From Anaerolineae bacterium (GTDB taxonomy: Bacteria > Chloroflexota > Anaerolineae > UBA1429), in assembly GCA_963675785.1 (NCBI GenBank), contig OY776562.1, positions 1,056,001 to 1,120,000 of the forward strand: 64,000 nt of DNA, given 5' to 3'. A program made the position numbers and the translations under genes. Positions 20,401 to 30,466 of the stretch are shown one piece after another; the stretch's first letter is position 1; each line of letters opens with the position of its first letter. The notes beneath the pieces were generated by a model, which worked only from the letters and a program-made list of their open reading frames with translations, was not told where the DNA came from and searched no databases.

Positions 20401-23400
20401 GCTGATGCTTGCTGTAGCTGCTCCTGTTTTCCCCACACCCGTGGGGATGGACCGCGCTAGACTGTGCAGTAAAAGAAGCCGTAAAGTTTTCCCCACACCC
20501 GTGGGGATGGACCGGTTTATCGCTGGATTGTCGAGGCCCTAACGATGTTTTCCCCACACCCGTGGGGATGGACCGGCCCTGTCGGACGCTGGTGCCAACT
20601 TGCCCTAGTTTTCCCCACACCCGTGGGGATGGACCGGCGAGCGTAATCGTTCATGCGCAAGGGCAGGCGTTTTCCCCACACCCGTGGGGATGGACCGGAC
20701 GAAGTTGAAGAAAAAGTTGCGAATGCAAGGTTTTCCCCACACCCGTGGGGATGGACCGCCTTTGCAGCGATCTCACAGGCGCCTGGCGCAGTTTTCCCCA
20801 CACCCGTGGGGATGGACCGCCACGGGGTACAACATGAAATACTGGCTCGTGGTTTTCCCCACACCCGTGGGGATGGACCGCCTGCTCGTGCCTGGAAAGA
20901 GCACGGTCTTGAGTTTTCCCCACACCCGTGGGGATGGACCGGCAGGCTCTCCCTGGGCGGGGCGCCTACAAACGTTTTCCCCACACCCGTGGGGATGGAC
21001 CGCTCAGCAGGGTGCGCTTTCGATACGCAGTTACGTTTTCCCCACACCCGTGGGGATGGACCGTGGGTCGGCGTATGCTGGTTATGCCGACAAAGGTTTT
21101 CCCCACACCCGTGGGGATGGACCGTATCCGAGCATCTTCCTCACAATGAACAACCAGTTTTCCCCACACCCGTGGGGATGGACCGCCAATAGCCCAGCTA
21201 CACATACAATTGCATATAGTTTTCCCCACACCCGTGGGGATGGACCGCTTTAGTCAGATGTCGGGCGGCGAACAGATGTGTTTTCCCCACACCCGTGGGG
21301 ATGGACCGTAAAACGATACGGGAGACAGTGACGGTGATACGTTTTCCCCACACCCGTGGGGATGGACCGACTGGAAACCGGCCAACACGGGGATCATGGA
21401 CGTTTTCCCCACACCCGTGGGGATGGACCGGCTGGCGGACAAAGCCCGCTAAACGACAGTTGGTTTTCCCCACACCCGTGGGGATGGACCGGCGTAGACG
21501 TGCAGGGCGATGCTCTACGACTGGTTTTCCCCACACCCGTGGGGATGGACCGACAAGATTGTGCGAATCGCTGGGTTGTTTGGCGTTTTCCCCACACCCG
21601 TGGGGATGGACCGCAACAAACTCTTGAGTGTGTTCCTCGACATACGTTTTCCCCACACCCGTGGGGATGGACCGCACCTTCATCCCGCCCTCAACCACAA
21701 CCCCGTGTTTTCCCCACACCCGTGGGGATGGACCGGCGATAACCGTTTTCGCTGGGGCAAAGGGAACGTTTTCCCCACACCCGTGGGGATGGACCGGGCA
21801 ATCAGTCCGCAAACGGCGGTGGCCACCGTTTTCCCCACACCCGTGGGGATGGACCGGGCTGGGTACTGATTGTCGAGGGCGAGAGCGAGTTTTCCCCACA
21901 CCCGTGGGGATGGACCGTAGCTGTACGCTATGCGTTCTCTGGCAATCTTGTTTTCCCCACACCCGTGGGGATGGACCGCTTATTGACTACGCCGTTATGT
22001 AGTCCGTTAAGTTTTCCCCACACCCGTGGGGATGGACCGAAATATTTTCATCTCTTACTCCTGGCTTCTTGGTTTTCCCCACACCCGTGGGGATGGACCG
22101 GCAGAATTTGGCCGCGTCTCTCATATTCTCTAGTTTTCCCCACACCCGTGGGGATGGACCAGCGATTCATCTGAAATACCATCATATAATACGTTTTCCC
22201 CACACCCGTGGGGATGGACCGAAGCCTTTTACTCAAAACATAACTGCTATGAAGTTTTCCCCACACCCGTGGGGATGGACCGGCGTGAACAGCTTGACTT
22301 GGGCGACGGCCTTCGTTTTCCCCACACCCGTGGGGATGGACCGGCACTGTGGTTTCCTCTTTTTGCGCTGACAGTGTTTTCCCCACACCCGTGGGGATGG
22401 ACCGGTCCGAACTGCTTGTTTTCTAGGGCTAGACTTGTTTTCCCCACACCCGTGGGGATGGACCGAGCTGTCGATGGATGGTAGCTTTTCGCCATTAGTT
22501 TTCCCCACACCCGTGGGGATGGACCGATAAGGGCGCGGCGATCAGGGAGGCCATTGATGTTTTCCCCACACCCGTGGGGATGGACCGCAAAGGCCCTGGC
22601 CGAACTAGACATACTACAAGTTTTCCCCACACCCGTGGGGATGGACCGTACAGCGGTGGTGACTATCCACTTTTCTCTGTGTTTTCCCCACACCCGTGGG
22701 GATGGACCGTATACGTAATAATACGGGGATAAAATGTCGGGGTTTTCCCCACACCCGTGGGGATGGACCGGATTTGGATGTGTGATTCAACGGCGTCTAC
22801 GTTTTCCCCACACCCGTGGGGATGGACCGTTCCCAATCACGCCGAATCTCAGCACGACGACGTTTTCCCCACACCCGTGGGGATGGACCGGAAAACCATG
22901 AAACGAGCATCAGAACTCATAGGTTTTCCCCACACCCGTGGGGATGGACCGCACGACCGAGAACCGAGACAACCCCCACGGAAGTTTTCCCCACACCCGT
23001 GGGGATGGACCGGCTATCAACTTGAGCCTCCAACATATACATCTGTTTTCCCCACACCCGTGGGGATGGACCGATCCATACCAACCTCCATCAGTGCCCC
23101 CTACCGTTTTCCCCACACCCGTGGGGATGGACCGCCTTCTGGATGTCCATTGGCCCAAGTTTCACGGTTTTCCCCACACCCGTGGGGATGGACCGGAAGG
23201 TACCTCTGAGGGCTGGGTAAGCGTCGTGTTTTCCCCACACCCGTGGGGATGGACCTGTACCTCCTCAGTTGTTTGCGAATCAATTGGCGTTTTCCCCACA
23301 CCCGTGGGGATGGACCGCCTTGCTGATGTGTGGAATGCGGTCGAGCCATGGTTTTCCCCACACCCGTGGGGATGGACCGACGCGTCATACGCCGGAAAAT

Positions 23401-26105
23401 GCCGCTCATCGTTTTCCCCACACCCGTGGGGATGGACCGGCTCAGTGCGAGCAATACAGCGCGCTAGCTCGTTTTCCCCACACCCGTGGGGATGGACCCT
23501 ATCATAGCCGGATAAAGATGCGCCCCACTTGGTTTTCCCCACACCCGTGGGGATGGACCGTATTGCGAGGTCAGACTCGTCTTTCTCTTGATGTTTTCCC
23601 CACACCCGTGGGGATGGACCGGCCCTAGGCTGCGATACGGGCTCATTTTATAAGTTTTCCCCACACCCGTGGGGATGGACCGTATAGTGCTCGACCTCTT
23701 CCGAATTGATGATAGTTTTCCCCACACCCGTGGGGATGGACCGTCCAACCATGACACAATTATATGTTGCTGAATGTTTTCCCCACACCCGTGGGGATGG
23801 ACCGTCCAACCATGACACAATTATATGTTGCTGAATGTTTTCCCCACACCCGTGGGGATGGACCGTCAATGCGGAGTTTGTAACCAGAGCCGCCCAGTTT
23901 TCCCCACACCCGTGGGGATGGACCGGCGCGTTGTGTTACAGCCATGGTACTTGGGTTGTTTTCCCCACACCCGTGGGGATGGACCGAACTTGAACAAATA
24001 CTGGAGCAGCACCAATTGGTTTTCCCCACACCCGTGGGGATGGACCGGGATAGCGGCTTGGGATGAGACCAACGGAGAAGTTTTCCCCACACCCGTGGGG
24101 ATGGACCGTGCTGAGTGGGGGGGGCAGATCAACGAAAACGTTTTCCCCACACCCGTGGGGATGGACCGCAATAATGAAACTTGGAGGGTTTAACAATGAC
24201 GTTTTCCCCACACCCGTGGGGATGGACCAGTACCAAGAAAAGTTCTTTTCACGCCAAAGTCGTTTTCCCCACACCCGTGGGGATGGACCGGTGCGCCTTG
24301 AGAACGAGGTGCGCCGCGCTGAGTTTTCCCCACACCCGTGGGGATGGACCGAGCAAATTACTATGGATATGGACGCCAAGATTGTTTTCCCCACACCCGT
24401 GGGGATGGACCGTCTGACACTGCTGCTAGTGCGTTGGTATTGAGGTTTTCCCCACACCCGTGGGGATGGACCGGAGATCGTGCGTCTAGAGAAAGATATT
24501 TCGGAGTTTTCCCCACACCCGTGGGGATGGACCGGTCTGCAGCATTAATGAGAGGGCGCCGGCTAAGTTTTCCCCACACCCGTGGGGATGGACCGTCTGA
24601 CACTGCTGCTAGTGCGTTGGTATTGAGGTTTTCCCCACACCCGTGGGGATGGACCGTTCGCTGAAGCGGAATACAATCGGCTAGCAGAGTTTTCCCCACA
24701 CCCGTGGGGATGGACCGAGCGCTCACGATATTTATCTCTCTTTCCAGCGTTTTCCCCACACCCGTGGGGATGGACCGGGATTCGCATTGAGCTCGGCCTT
24801 GCTAATGAGGTTTTCCCCACACCCGTGGGGATGGACCGACCGCGATACCAAACTGAAAATCGCCGATACTGTTTTCCCCACACCCGTGGGGATGGACCGA
24901 GAGTGGGGAATGAGCAATAAGCATGATAACTGTTTTCCCCACACCCGTGGGGATGGACCGGGATGGGTGTTGATTGTCGAGGGCGAGAGCGAGTTTTCCC
25001 CACACCCGTGGGGATGGACCGCGCACTCACCATCGTATACGACCCTCCAGACCGTTTTCCCCACACCCGTGGGGATGGACCGGCGTAAATGCTAATACCT
25101 GTTTGGGGATCAGCGTTTTCCCCACACCCGTGGGGATGGACCGCCTCTTTAAAAGCATTTTCGCCAACTTTTTCGTTTTCCCCACACCCGTGGGGATGGA
25201 CCGAGTTTACGGCGGTGAGCCTCGTTCGTCTCTTGGTTTTCCCCACACCCGTGGGGATGGACCGGCTGTCCAGGCGTCGCTGTCCAGCGCATAGAGGTTT
25301 TCCCCACACCCGTGGGGATGGACCTGCACATCTTTGTGCCGCGGCCGCGTGATACACGTTTTCCCCACACCCGTGGGGATGGACCGTTACGAAAGGCTAT
25401 CAAGGTCGTTATGTCGACGTTTTCCCCACACCCGTGGGGATGGACCGTAGCTGTACGCTACGCGTTCCCGAGCAATTTTGTTTTCCCCACACCCGTGGGG
25501 ATGGACCGTTACGGATGTTTTACAGTCGCCACGAAGACAAGTTTTCCCCACACCCGTGGGGATGGACCGGCAGGCATTGAGTGGTTGATTGGGCTGTTGC
25601 CGTTTTCCCCACACCCGTGGGGATGGACCGACGTGCGTGGGAGCGTTACCCATTCAGCTCAGTTTTCCCCACACCCGTGGGGATGGACCGGCATATCTTT
25701 TGAATGCGTGGACAAGAGCAAAGTTTTCCCCACACCCGTGGGGATGGACCGCTGATTGGCAATGCGTTACAGCCTGATAGCCGTTTTCCCCACACCCGTG
25801 GGGATGGACCGGATGGCCCCGGTAAGGTCGCAGCTGGCAAGGTGTTTTCCCCACACCCGTGGGGATGGACCGATTATGCCCGTCTTTTGGTAGCACGAGC
25901 ATAAGTTTTCCCCACACCCGTGGGGATGGACCAAAAACGGCCGGCCAGAACCACTTGATGAACTCGTTTTCCCCACACCCGTGGGGATGGACCGCCGCCC
26001 TTTGATGTGGCCTGCTGGTGCTGAATGTTTTCCCCACACCCGTGGGGATGGACCGTGTACATCACTGCAAAGGCAAATGCAACCGTTATGCGTTATGCCA
26101 GTATG

Positions 26106-26402
26106 CTACACCAAGAACCCCAACGATCGCAGAATCGGGTTGCTATCTTTCATCACCTGTTGTAGTTTATCCCACAACACTTGTTGGTCGGCACGTAGTT
26201 CATGTATGGCTACATATTCCCGAATCTCACTAAGATGCGAGAGCTCGGAGCCAAAATCGGCGATCATTGATGACTGTGCTTCCGAATGGTAACTATCCCA
26301 TTCATCAGCCAGTTCGTGGGCGCCTTCCCACGTTGCAATAAGCATGGGCACAAGCCGATCAAACTCCTCACCCGAGAAATCTGGAAAACTTACCTTATCC
26401 AC
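26106..26402 (-). CDS. 98-aa acidic hypothetical protein inside the giant spacer (immunity-protein-like)
   Basis: Complete ORF (GTG start, GAAGG upstream, TAG stop) overlapping the stop of the upstream fragment by 13 nt. Helical and acidic. Confidence 0.55.
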   Translation of the reverse strand: MDKVSFPDFSGEEFDRLVPMLIATWEGAHELADEWDSYHSEAQSSMIADFGSELSHLSEIREYVAIHELRADQQVLWDKLQQVMKDSNPILRSLGFLV

Positions 26403-26658
26403 ACTGCACCTTCTGGTACTGCAACCGAGCCTTTTGTTTGGAAACCCGTAATAATTGTACCATAGTCGGCATTGTAAACAACCCACAAGAATGCCTTTCG
26501 ACCTCTCCCCAATCGATTCCTTGATATCGTGTTTGGAGCCAATACCCCCAATACATAGCGTCCATCCTCCATTCGGTAGATAGCTAGCTTGCTCTCGACC
26601 TGCTCAATCGCTGTATGAAGATCGGCTACATACTCTTCAATAGTTGTACTCGATAGCC
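26390..26658 (-). pseudogene. 5'-truncated gene fragment (88 aa C-terminus, toxin-domain-like) inside the giant spacer
   Basis: Open frame from the repeat boundary: 'TTIEEYVADL...YVLGVLA...LWVVYNADYGTIITGFQ...AVWIR*'. No start codon at the 5' boundary of the insert. Confidence 0.5.
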
Positions 26659-26902
26659 GTTTTCCCCACACCCGTGGGGATGGACCCACAACATGGAACT
26701 TTGCGGCGATTACTGTTTCGTTTTCCCCACACCCGTGGGGATGGACCGTTGACATATCCCAACCCTAACATGTACTCAAAGTTTTCCCCACACCCGTGGG
26801 GATGGACCGGCATGCACCATGCCGCCCTGCAAAGGACCCGGGTTTTCCCCATACCCGTGGGGATGGACTGTGGGTGGCTAGTTTGCTAATCGAAGCGGCC
26901 GA

Positions 26903-27091
26903 GTTCTTCCCACACCCGGGGGCAATTGGAAAGATGCTGAAGAGTGGTATTCTCCGTTATAATATACAGAATGGGATAAATCAGTTTGTTGATTCTTTCT
27001 GCAAAGCCTCAGGTTCCGTGGGGATGAACCTTGAAATTGTGGTGCATCACGTCTTTGAAATTCGTTTCCTCACATAAGTGGGGATAGACCT
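26903..27091 (+). repeat. Degenerate trailer CRISPR repeat remnants
   Basis: GTTCTTCCCACACCCGGGGG (26903), CCGTGGGGATGAACC (about 27016), GTTTCCTCACATAAGTGGGGATAGACC (about 27064). Confidence 0.7.
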
Positions 27092-27171
27092 CCATGGGGT
27101 CGTGATTATGTACGACGCATTGACTATGCCCTGACATCTGAGTCCGCCTATCCCTGGGAGAAACGTGAATC

Positions 27172-27822
27172 ATGCGATATCACCACATTCTGTTCGACTT
27201 GGACGGCACCCTTACGGACCCGGCTCAGGGAATCTGTGGTAGTGTCATGTATGCCCTTCAAAAGGGAGGCTATCCTGCTGGGGAACTATCTGATTATTAT
27301 CGTTTTATCGGTCCGCCTCTTTTAGAATCCCTGCAGAACCACTGCCACACCACGCAGAAAAAAGCCCTAGTACTCCTTGAGTACTACCGCGAACGTTACG
27401 CCGCTGTCGGTCTGTTTGAAAATCGTGTTTACCCCGGCATCCCTGAGCTCTTATCCGCACTGCATGGCGCTGGTGCCGAACTCATCCTTGCCACCAGCAA
27501 GCCGGAAAACTTTGCCAAACAGATCCTGGAGCATTTTGAATTGGCGCAGTATTTTGACTGCATAACCGGCAGCGATTTATCGGGTCTGCGGGATAAAAAG
27601 GCCCTGGTCATCGCTGAGGCGCTCAAGCGACGCAGCCTTACCGAGCTTGCCGATTGCATCATGGTGGGCGATCGCCTGCACGATGTCTTGGGGGCGAGGG
27701 AATGCGGCCTCGATAGCGTGGGTGTGCTTTATGGCTATGGCAGTGTCGAAGAACTCGAAAAGGCGGGTGCGACCTTTGTCGTTGATACCGTGGAGGACCT
27801 TTGTCAATTCCTTTTGGAGTGA
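27172..27822 (+). CDS. HAD-family hydrolase (phosphoglycolate phosphatase/nucleotidase-like)
   Basis: 'FDLDGTLTD', 'ATSK', 'MVGDRLHDVLGA', 'GVLYGYG'. Confidence 0.9.
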   Translation: MRYHHILFDLDGTLTDPAQGICGSVMYALQKGGYPAGELSDYYRFIGPPLLESLQNHCHTTQKKALVLLEYYRERYAAVGLFENRVYPGIPELLSALHGAGAELILATSKPENFAKQILEHFELAQYFDCITGSDLSGLRDKKALVIAEALKRRSLTELADCIMVGDRLHDVLGARECGLDSVGVLYGYGSVEELEKAGATFVVDTVEDLCQFLLE

Positions 27823-27831
27823 TTGATTAGC

Positions 27832-28626
27832 TTACGTAGGAAAGAATGTCTCCCGCATGAGCTTTTTTTCACTCTGCTGTTGCGCCACGATCACAAAGCG
27901 GTGCTCTGTCCCCTCGATGTATCCCTTTTCCTCGATCTCTTCCTGGCACCGAACGAGCTTGTCATAATATTTCTCGACCGAAAACCCCGGGAACTCCTAT
28001 TCGATGATCTTGCAAAAGTAGACCAGCGCGCCCACATCAAAAAAGCGGATGGGCGTGAAAACCTCTTCAGCTCGCAGGATTTCGAAATGCTCCGCCCGCA
28101 AAGCGGCCACGTTATTCTCCAGCGTGTGCTGCGGAAAGGGCGGTTCCAAGCCGTCAATCAGCCTCATGGCCAAGTCCATGTCGTTCTTGCCGCCGACCTG
28201 CTGCGTTACGAAATGGCCGCCGCCTTTTAGAATGCGGCCAATCTCTCTGGCATCGAACGCCTCATGGCGGTTGATGATCATGTCAAAGCCGTCATTTTCG
28301 AATGGCAAGATGGCGTCGTCAAAGACCTGTTCCACAGTAATACCCAAGGGCGCGAGTTTCTCTTTGCACAGGAGCACGTTGCGGGGATATGCCTCTGTCA
28401 CCGAGGTCAGCTCGTAAGGGTGCCCCAACGAGAGCAGGAATTCGCCGCCGCCCGTGCCCATGTCCAACAGCTTGTCCGTGCTCTTCAGATAGGTTTGGAG
28501 GATGATCTTGTAATCCCAGGGGATATCCTCACCCTCCCACCTTCCGTCAAGGTGCGAGAAATCCCAACCCTGAAAGGCATGTTTCTCTTCGGCTTGCCAT
28601 ATCTCCCTGGCGTTTTGCAGTTTCAT
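27832..28626 (-). pseudogene. Class I SAM-dependent methyltransferase with an in-frame TAG at 27997-27999
   Basis: 'FQGWDFSHL', 'LLDMGTGGGE', 'FDMIINRH', 'TQQVG'. The frame continues past the TAG as 'IIE*EFPGFSVEKY...HRFVIVA' to TAA at 27832. Confidence 0.8.
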
Positions 28627-28655
28627 GAATCCCTTGCTCCTTGGTGGTGAAAAAG

Positions 28656-30377
28656 CTAGGCCTCCCAAACCACCTCGTCGTTGAAATCGTAAACCACGGT
28701 CTTGCCGCTGGCGCGGACATAGACGATGCCACTGTCCCACTTGGATTGCAGGTAGGGGGAATCATAGGTGTCGTAATGCGCGTCCATCAGTTCACCGTTT
28801 ACATAGCGGCCTTTCTTGGTGATGCGCAGGTTGGCATAGGCCAGCGTCATAGTCTGGGCGTCGAACTGGGGGCGCTGGGCGCGCATGGCTTGGCAAAACG
28901 CGGCAAAGGAGCCGTTCTCGGCCTCGGTGCCCACCTGGCAAACCAGAGCATTCTGCCTTCCCCGGCTAATGACCTCGTTGCCCGCGTACTGGTCCTCGCG
29001 CATGATCTCGTATCCCTTGGGGAAATGCAGAGCCACGTACACCTTGTCGCGGCGCAGCAACAGCAGGTTGTCCTCTTCCAGCACCTCCTCAAAGGCGGCC
29101 AAGGGCACTCGCGCGTGGATGAAATCGTGCTCCTCTTCCTTTTGGATGTCGTACATCGAGAGGACCACGTTCTTTTGGCAGTAAAAAGTGCCGCAGCAGC
29201 AGCCCAGGTCGCCCGTCCAATAGCCGTGCTGGTTGAAATAACTGCTATGCCCGGGGTGATGCCCGAATATTTTGATGCCCGTATCGCCGGCTAGGGTCAA
29301 ATCCCACTCGTGCTGCTGATGGTGGGCGTACCAGGCGTCGCCGTCCTGCAATCGGTAGTCATCCTGCTGATTCACCGCGCCGATGGCGTAATCGTCGGTC
29401 AGATAGGTGTATTTGCTAATGCGGCCGTTGGTGATGAATAGTTCCTTCCAAAGGATATCGTGGCCCTGCATCCAGGCGCTCATGATGTGCAGGTTCTTGG
29501 CCTCGCGATTCTCATAGGGAAAGGTGCGCCCCATGGCCATCTCATAGACGATGTCGCTGGGCACATAGGTGGTCAGGCAGGCAGACGACTTGGGCGGGGC
29601 CACCTTCTCGCTGGCATAGCGCCCGCCAAAGTAGAGCACATAGTAGGAAAAGAGGGGGCTACCCAGATTGTCCATAGCGGCTGGCTCGTAAATACGCCCG
29701 TGAGCGCCGCCCAGCAATCCGCCGTCCAGGCAATCCGCGGCCATGTCCATCAGCATCAGGTCGATCATCATGTGGGTCATGTGCTTGAGCTTTTCATCGG
29801 TACAGAAATCGTACAGCGTCTCCATGGCCAACAGCACTTCAGCGCCATAACCGCAGGAATCGAACTCGCCCCAGCCCCGTCGCGCCCGAAAGCGGATGAA
29901 CTCGCGCAAATACGCCTGATCCTCGTTCAGCAGCTCTTGGGTGGCTTTGCCATACTGGCTAAAGGTCTCCCCGGCGTAAAACTGGGCGGCTAGGTATCGC
30001 GAGACGTAGAACAGCAGGGAATGGTTTTCCGAACCGTGCATGCTGGAGAAATCCTGGGTAAGAAAGAACCGCTTGACCGCCTTACGCACCGGTTCGGTCA
30101 GCAGGTCCTCGCTTTGATAGAGGGTGCGCATCAGCCGAATCGCCGTAAAGTCCACCTCGCCCCGATGGTCGCGGCCCGTGGGGTGGGGCAGCTCGTACCA
30201 GCGCGCCGCCCGTAACAACGCCTCGTTGGCTCGATCGATATCCTGATTGAAATAGAGGTGCAGCATGGCATCGTCGCCATAGATATCCCAATCGCCTTGC
30301 TTGGCGAGCAATTGGCGGGCGTTGGCCTCTTTGCGTTGGGCTAGCTGGCTCTTGGCTTCAATCATCTGCTGGTTCAT
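28656..30377 (-). CDS. Hypothetical protein (helical N-terminus plus beta C-terminus, possibly lyase/heparinase-like)
   Basis: 573-aa ORF with AGGAG RBS, motifs 'SENH', 'WGEFDS', 'GGAHGRIY'. Lies among sugar-utilisation genes. Confidence 0.55.
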   Translation of the reverse strand: MNQQMIEAKSQLAQRKEANARQLLAKQGDWDIYGDDAMLHLYFNQDIDRANEALLRAARWYELPHPTGRDHRGEVDFTAIRLMRTLYQSEDLLTEPVRKAVKRFFLTQDFSSMHGSENHSLLFYVSRYLAAQFYAGETFSQYGKATQELLNEDQAYLREFIRFRARRGWGEFDSCGYGAEVLLAMETLYDFCTDEKLKHMTHMMIDLMLMDMAADCLDGGLLGGAHGRIYEPAAMDNLGSPLFSYYVLYFGGRYASEKVAPPKSSACLTTYVPSDIVYEMAMGRTFPYENREAKNLHIMSAWMQGHDILWKELFITNGRISKYTYLTDDYAIGAVNQQDDYRLQDGDAWYAHHQQHEWDLTLAGDTGIKIFGHHPGHSSYFNQHGYWTGDLGCCCGTFYCQKNVVLSMYDIQKEEEHDFIHARVPLAAFEEVLEEDNLLLLRRDKVYVALHFPKGYEIMREDQYAGNEVISRGRQNALVCQVGTEAENGSFAAFCQAMRAQRPQFDAQTMTLAYANLRITKKGRYVNGELMDAHYDTYDSPYLQSKWDSGIVYVRASGKTVVYDFNDEVVWEA

Positions 30378-30466
30378 GCGGTGCACTCCTTTTTCCATGT
30401 AAGCAGCACCATCATGGCCATTTGTGGGGCGCTGTCAAGCGGAGGAAAGGGGGACGGTGCTCGGCC

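Larger units (their letters stand above)
17435..26870 (+). CRISPR. Type I-E CRISPR array, about 146 repeats, consensus GTTTTCCCCACACCCGTGGGGATGGACC(G); spacers mostly 32 nt (30-34) plus one of 603 nt
   Basis: Hand count gives 142 repeats from 17435 to 26055, then repeats at 26659, 26720, 26781 and 26842 (the last has 2 mismatches). Period about 61 nt. Repeat hairpin TCCCCAC/GTGGGGA. Confidence 0.98.

Noticed and set aside
19233-25479. Variant spacer pairs as a diversity-generating retroelement (TR/VR)
   Set aside because: Differences are not adenine-specific, are largely synonymous, and no reverse transcriptase is present in the window.
25776-25782. GATAGCC shared by the end of spacer 137 and the end of the giant spacer
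   Set aside because: Only 7 nt among about 145 spacers, so plausibly chance. Worth remembering only if reads suggest a misjoin.
21064-25904. Several spacers with internal hairpins (e.g. 21064-21095, 21979-22010, 25873-25904)
   Set aside because: A few 6-9 bp stems among about 145 spacers cannot be distinguished from chance without shuffling statistics.
17371-26060. Dozens of ORFs with repeating FPHTRGDGP / VHPHGCGEN / SIPTGVGKT peptides
   Set aside because: They are translations of the stop-free CRISPR repeat, not genes.
26056-26658. Giant spacer as an IS element
   Set aside because: No transposase-like ORF, terminal inverted repeats or short target-site duplication, and both flanking repeats are whole.
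17464-26841. Self-targeting spacers within this window
   Set aside because: None found by eye against the genes here. The search was not exhaustive and the rest of the genome is unseen.
27997-27999. Pyrrolysine or genetic-code reassignment at the TAG
   Set aside because: Many genes here end normally in TAG, the site corresponds to a likely Trp, and no pyl genes are visible.
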